DNA of 64,000 nt. Origin: Eledone cirrhosa. Taxonomy: Eukaryota. The first letter of the stretch is position 1, and every line of letters starts with the position of its first letter. Location of the stretch: the NCBI GenBank assembly GCA_964016885.1, contig OZ024763.1:12834001-12898000 (forward strand). The letters run 5' to 3'. Below the pieces are notes generated by a model, which was not told the origin of the DNA, made no database searches, and saw only the letters and a list, made by a program, of their open reading frames with translations. This document shows positions 57,049 through 64,000 of the stretch, one piece after another. The translations under genes were made by a program, and so were the position numbers.

Positions 57049-58102
57049 ATAATTGTTTCTACTTTAGGCACAAGGCCAGCAATTACCCAGTGCATTACTG
57101 GTACTTTATTTTATCGACCCCGTAAGGATGAAAGGCAAAGTCAACCTCGGCGGGATTTGAACTCAGATCGTAAAGGGACATAACTATGCTGGAAAAATAT
57201 AATAATAATATATATATATATATATATACATACATTATTGTATATATATATATATACACACATTATATATATATATAATAATGTGTATATATATATATAT
57301 ATAATTGTTTCTACTTTTGGCACAAGGCCAGCAATTATCCCAGTACATTACTGGTACTTTACTTTATTGACCCTGTAAGGATGAAAGGCAAAGTTAACCT
57401 CGGCGGGAATTGAACTCAGATCGTAAAGGGACGTAACTATGCTAGAAAGCATGTCCGACCCTCTACCGATACTGCCAATTCAGGTACTGTATATATATTA
57501 TATAGAGTACCACACGACTTAAAAATATATACAGCATACAAAAGATAGCACTACTAGGTACTGTATATATATTATATAGAGTACCACATGACTTACAAAT
57601 ATATACAGCATACAGAAGATAGCACTACTAGGTACTGTATATATATTACAAAAAGTACTATCAGTACAATAGAAACAACATCAGCAAAAACTACACTGCA
57701 CATACCCAAGACGCACAGAGCTGTGCTCGGTAAAGCAGTAATGATGCACCATAAAAATAATAATGGAAATAATAATGATAATAATTGTTTCTACTGTTGG
57801 CACAAAGCCAACAATTATCCCAGTGTATTACTGGTACTTTATTTTATCGACCCCGTAAGGATGAAAGGCAACGTTAACCTCGGCTTTCCCGAATCCTAGT
57901 TCGCGTGAGACGCTCCTCATCGCCCCCAGTTTGTGGCACAAGGCCGGCAAATACCCAGTGCATTACTGGTACTTTATTTTATCGACCCCGTAAGGATGAA
58001 AGGCAAAGTCAACCTCGACGGGATTTGAACTCAGATCGTAAAGGGACGTAACTATGCTGGATAGCATGGCGCCTGACCCTCTACCGGTACTGCCAATTCA
58101 CC
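57049..58102 (-). mobile_element. Cluster of four family A SINE copies or fragments
   Basis: 57049-57195, 57301-57481, 57781-57884 and 57930-58102 match the consensus. Confidence 0.85.
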
Positions 58103-58309
58103 AACAATAATAATAATAATAATGATAATAATAACAATAATAATAATAATAATAATTTAGCTCGTTTTGTTATTACATTATTTATTGCCGAGTGCCGCCA
58201 TGTTTTTTGCCAGGAGAGGTTTCTTCTTTCACAGCCAATTCTTTTAACTTTTAATCTTTCATCTATAATCTATAAATTCATGACATATTCTTCTCTTAAT
58301 TGACTATAG

Positions 58310-58351
<42 letters not shown>

Positions 58352-58607
58352 AGAGAGAGAGAGGGGGGAGGAGGGGGGGGAGTGTCACATCACGCCACGG
58401 ACACACACACTGCACACGCAAATCGTGCATCCTGATATATGCAGTTTATATATGTGTATATATATATGTATATACACACACACACACATGTATATACATA
58501 GATAGATATACATACATATATATATACACATATACATACATATATATACACATAGATAGATATATATACACATATACATGCATATACATACACAAATATA
58601 TACATAC

Positions 58608-58638
<31 letters not shown>

Positions 58639-58859
58639 CATATAAATATATACATACATATATATATATATACATATAAATATATACATACATATATATA
58701 TATATACATATAAATATATACATACATATATATATATATACATATAAATATATACATACATATATATATATACATATATATATATACATATATATATATA
58801 TACATATAAATATATACATACATATATATACATATAAATATATACATATAAATATATAC

Positions 58860-58892
<33 letters not shown>

Positions 58893-59019
58893 CATACATA
58901 CACATACATACATATGTATATACATACACATACATACATATGTATATACATATACATACATACACATACATACATATGTATATACATATACATACATATA
59001 TATATATAATATATATATA

Positions 59020-59064
<45 letters not shown>

Positions 59065-59172
59065 CATCACCCATACTTTCCTTTTAATTGACTACGGAAT
59101 AAAATTAATGAACAAAGAAATTAATAAACAAATATGTACATTAGTAAACAAACGTGTACACACACACAATCA

Positions 59173-59218
<46 letters not shown>

Positions 59219-60075
59219 ATACGAAACGTCACAACATAAATCTTTTTACAGAAACCTTGTTTATTATCACATATATTTATTTTTCCTTATTGATGTTATT
59301 GTTGTTGTTGTTGTTGTTGTATTTATTGCTGATGTTTTTGTTTATATTTCGTTATTGCTGTTTATTTTTCCTTATTAATGTTTATTTATCGTTACTGTTG
59401 TTGTTGTTGTTGTTGTTAATTTAGTCATTGTTGTCATTATTTTCGTTATTGTTGTTAATTTCATTATTGTTGTTATTTTTGTTATTTTCATTTGCCTTAT
59501 TGTAGTTGTTGTTGTTTCGTTATTATTTTTGTTGTTATATTTGTTTTTTCTTGATGTCAGCCCTTGTGGCCAATAAAGAAATCATTATTATTATTATTTT
59601 CATTATTGTTATCATTATTATTATTATTATTATTATTTTCATTATTGTTATCAACATCTCATCATTGTTGTTATTGTTTGTGTTGTTGTTGTTTGTGTTG
59701 TTATTGTTTGTGTTGTTGTTGTTGTTGTTGTTATTGTTGTTTGTGTTGTTATTGTTTGTGTTGTTGTTATTGTTTGTGTTGTTGTTATTGTTTGTGTTGT
59801 TGTTGTTATTGTTTGTGTTGTTGTTGTTGTTATTGTTTGTGTTGTTTTACTCCTCTTACTTCTCTTATATCCTGTAATAACATCGTAGCTAACGTTGCTT
59901 GACTGGAAAAACAATGTTTAATGTTTGATATCGAAGTAGATTTCAATAAATAAATAAAATAAACAGATAACATGAATAAATAAATTAATAAATAAATACT
60001 ATTTATTATCATTAATATTATTGTCACCTCTAATCCTTATTATTATTATTATTATTATTATTATTGTTTTTACTA

Positions 60076-60107
<32 letters not shown>

Positions 60108-60665
60108 TTTACTATTTTTATTATTATTGTTATTATTATTATTTATTGGTCTAGTTGTAGTTGTTGTTATCTTTATTGAGTAGATTAAAAAAAAAATTAT
60201 TCATTCGTTCTCCTCTCTCTTTTACTTTCTCTCTCCTCATTCTTTTAATTTTTCTTGTTATTATTATGAAGGGAGGGGGGGGGAAGAGGAAAGAGGAGAG
60301 AGAGGAGGAAGAAAAAACATCTTTGTTGCTGTATTTTGCCTGGCTTGGCATGCCTGGGTCTTTTACAGATAGCTTTCAATTAATTTCGAATGATAGGAAA
60401 AAAATCTTTGATGGCGACAAACTTTTCCGCCATTTTACAAAATGTTGTTTTTTTTGTCTTTATTTTGATGAGGGTGGGTGGGTGGGAGGGAGCAAAATCT
60501 GCATAATGGAACAGCACCGATTTAATCACATACACATGCACACACACATATATATACATACACATACACATACACATGTACATACATTCAGACCAATAAA
60601 AACACGCACGTATATAATCCTCATGCAAGAAATATACACCTGTATATATACACACATAATAGTCA

Positions 60666-60702
<37 letters not shown>

Positions 60703-60704
<2 letters not shown>

Positions 60705-60880
60705 GATTGGCAGTATCGGTAAAGAGTCGGACGCCATGCTTTCCAGCATAGTTACGTCCCTTTACGATCTGAGTTCAAATCCCGTCGAGGTTAACTTTGC
60801 CTTTCATCCTAAAAGGGTCGATAAAATAAAGTACCAGTAATGTACTGGGTTATTGCTGGCCTTGTGCCAAAAATAGAGAA
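60703..60880 (+). mobile_element. Family A SINE
   Basis: Matches consensus. Confidence 0.85.
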
Positions 60881-61367
60881 TATATATATATATGTGAATC
60901 TATCTATCTAACAATATATATGTATGTGTGTGTGTGTGTGTGTGTGAGCGTGCGTGTGTGTACACACACACAAGTATGTAAAAGAACAGCAACATCATAA
61001 ACAACAGCAACAACAAAAACCTACAACCCCATGAACACATACATATAGACACAAATAATATACAGGTAATAAGTATCTACGTATGTATGTATGTATATAT
61101 ATACATATATATATACATACATACATATATACATACATATATATATACATACATATATATATATACATACATATATATATATACATACATACATATATAT
61201 ACATACATACATATATATATATACATACATACATACATATACATACATACATATACATACATATATATATACATTCATATATATATACATGCATATATAT
61301 ACATGCATATACATATACATACATATACATATACATGCATATATATATACATACATATATATACATG

Positions 61368-61400
<33 letters not shown>

Positions 61401-61417
61401 ATACATATATATACATG

Positions 61418-61448
<31 letters not shown>

Positions 61449-61459
61449 ATACATACATA

Positions 61460-61500
<41 letters not shown>

Positions 61501-61631
61501 ATACATACATATATATATATACATACATATACATACATATATACATGCATATATATATACATACATATATATATACATGCATATATATATACATATATAT
61601 ATACATACATATATATATATATACATACATA

Positions 61632-61672
<41 letters not shown>

Positions 61673-61856
61673 ATACATACATATATATATATACATACAT
61701 ATACATACATATATACATGCATATATATATACATACATATATATATACATGCATATATATATACATATATATATACATACATATATATATACATGCATAT
61801 ATATATACATATATATATACATACATACATATATATATATATATACATACATATGC

Positions 61857-61931
<75 letters not shown>

Positions 61932-62027
61932 CATATGCATATATATATATACATATGCATATATATATATATATATACATATGCATATATATATATACAT
62001 ATGCATATATATATATATATATACATA

Positions 62028-62168
<141 letters not shown>

Positions 62169-62483
62169 GTGTCGGTGTGCGTTTAGCTACACACAGACAG
62201 AGACACGGCACCCACATACAAATAAGTGCGTCATAAACAACGAAGACAGCAAAGACCCGCCTGCCCACCCCTTACCGTTAAAAACACGCACCTAAAACTA
62301 ACATCGACAACAACAAAACGATTTTCTTTTGATGTGTATCGTACACTGGACAGAAATATGGTTTAATGTTCTTATATTATCATTATACCCATCTAGTTCA
62401 TTCCACTATGTAGTTTAATTCCTCTTTTCTTACTCATCCTTCCCCAAGGATTATATATATATATACATACACACGCACACACA

Positions 62484-62539
<56 letters not shown>

Positions 62540-62626
62540 AAACTGAAAAATAAAAATTAAAAGATTATAAAAATATCTAATATATATATATACAAACATA
62601 TACATATATATATATAATATATATAT

Positions 62627-62677
<51 letters not shown>

Positions 62678-62820
62678 TAATATATATATATATATATACA
62701 TACATAAATAAATATATATATATTCATATATATCTATATATATATATACATATATATACGTACATATACATATATGTGTGTGTATATATATACATATACA
62801 TATATATGTGTGTATATATA

Positions 62821-62869
<49 letters not shown>

Positions 62870-63297
62870 ATATATATACATATACATATACATGTATATT
62901 TACATATACATGTAATATATACACATAAATATATAGATATACTTATATACACTCACATGCATATACATATATGTACATATAAATAGATTGAAACGCAGAT
63001 ATGGAGAGGAGAGGGGAATGAGGGGGGGGGTGAGATGGAGAGAGAAGAAAGAGAAGAACAACATCAACAGTCTAGAAAAAACCAACAAACAAACTAAAAA
63101 AACAACGAAAAAAAGCAATATTTTAAAATGTCAGTCATATAGGCGAGATTTCAAACGTTATTTGCCATCACTAACTGCTACGTGGCATTCACAATATAAT
63201 ATTGAAAATGGCCGACAAAGAAAAAAATTCGCTTTCTCCAACTGGCATAGTGAAAGTAGCAAAAAATATGAGGAAGAGATATATAGAATATATATAA

Positions 63298-63352
<55 letters not shown>

Positions 63353-63452
63353 AATATATATGTATATATGTGTGTTTTTATATATAAACACACACACATA
63401 TATGTATATATATACATATAAACACACACACACAAATATATATATATAGAGA

Positions 63453-63490
<38 letters not shown>

Positions 63491-63518
63491 TGTGTATATA
63501 TATATATATATAGATGTG

Positions 63519-63571
<53 letters not shown>

Positions 63572-64000
63572 GTATATATATATATACATATATATGTGTG
63601 TGTGTGCATATGAATATATACGTATATGTTTTTATATATACATATAAACACACACATATATATTATATATATATATATATATATATGAACATATAAATAT
63701 TATATATTCATAAGTACACATATATATCATATATATTATATATTCATATCCATATACACACATACATACACATTATTTATATATTAGGCCTTACTTGTTT
63801 ATATATATTTATATATACATATTATTTGTTTATATATATATATCATCTACATATACATATTTGTTGATAACATTATGCATGTATATTGTTGCTATATATA
63901 TTTATATATTTAATTTCTTTCATTTTTATATACATCATTTATCGTATATTTTATAATCTCCATTTTCTTTTATTAACTTTATAGAATATTCGGTTTTGTG

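Overview
AT-rich animal genomic DNA saturated with microsatellites. The SINE types and the (TA)n/(CA)n density suggest an octopus or other coleoid cephalopod (inference). I found no intact host protein-coding gene; almost all ORFs in the track are translations of simple repeats. The recognisable content is mobile DNA: about 20 tRNA-derived SINE copies, two RTE-clade LINE 3' fragments, a SINE sharing its 3' tail with one of those LINEs, two hAT MITEs with 8-bp TSDs, an internally deleted Hsmar2-like mariner, Helitron-like ends, a decayed Penelope-like GIY-YIG endonuclease and several minisatellites. The main signal is hidden in the short non-repetitive islands between (TA)n tracts. About 20 complete or near-complete type I hammerhead ribozyme cores (CUGANGA...GAAA...NUH) and several 3' half-cores occur there, from roughly ten sequence families. 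They sit in small non-coding elements that are either terminally redundant monomers (retrozyme or Penelope pLTR-like) or near-perfect head-to-head palindromes. Two unrelated families carry the compensatory U3:A8 core variant. All structures were folded by eye; none is computationally or experimentally verified.
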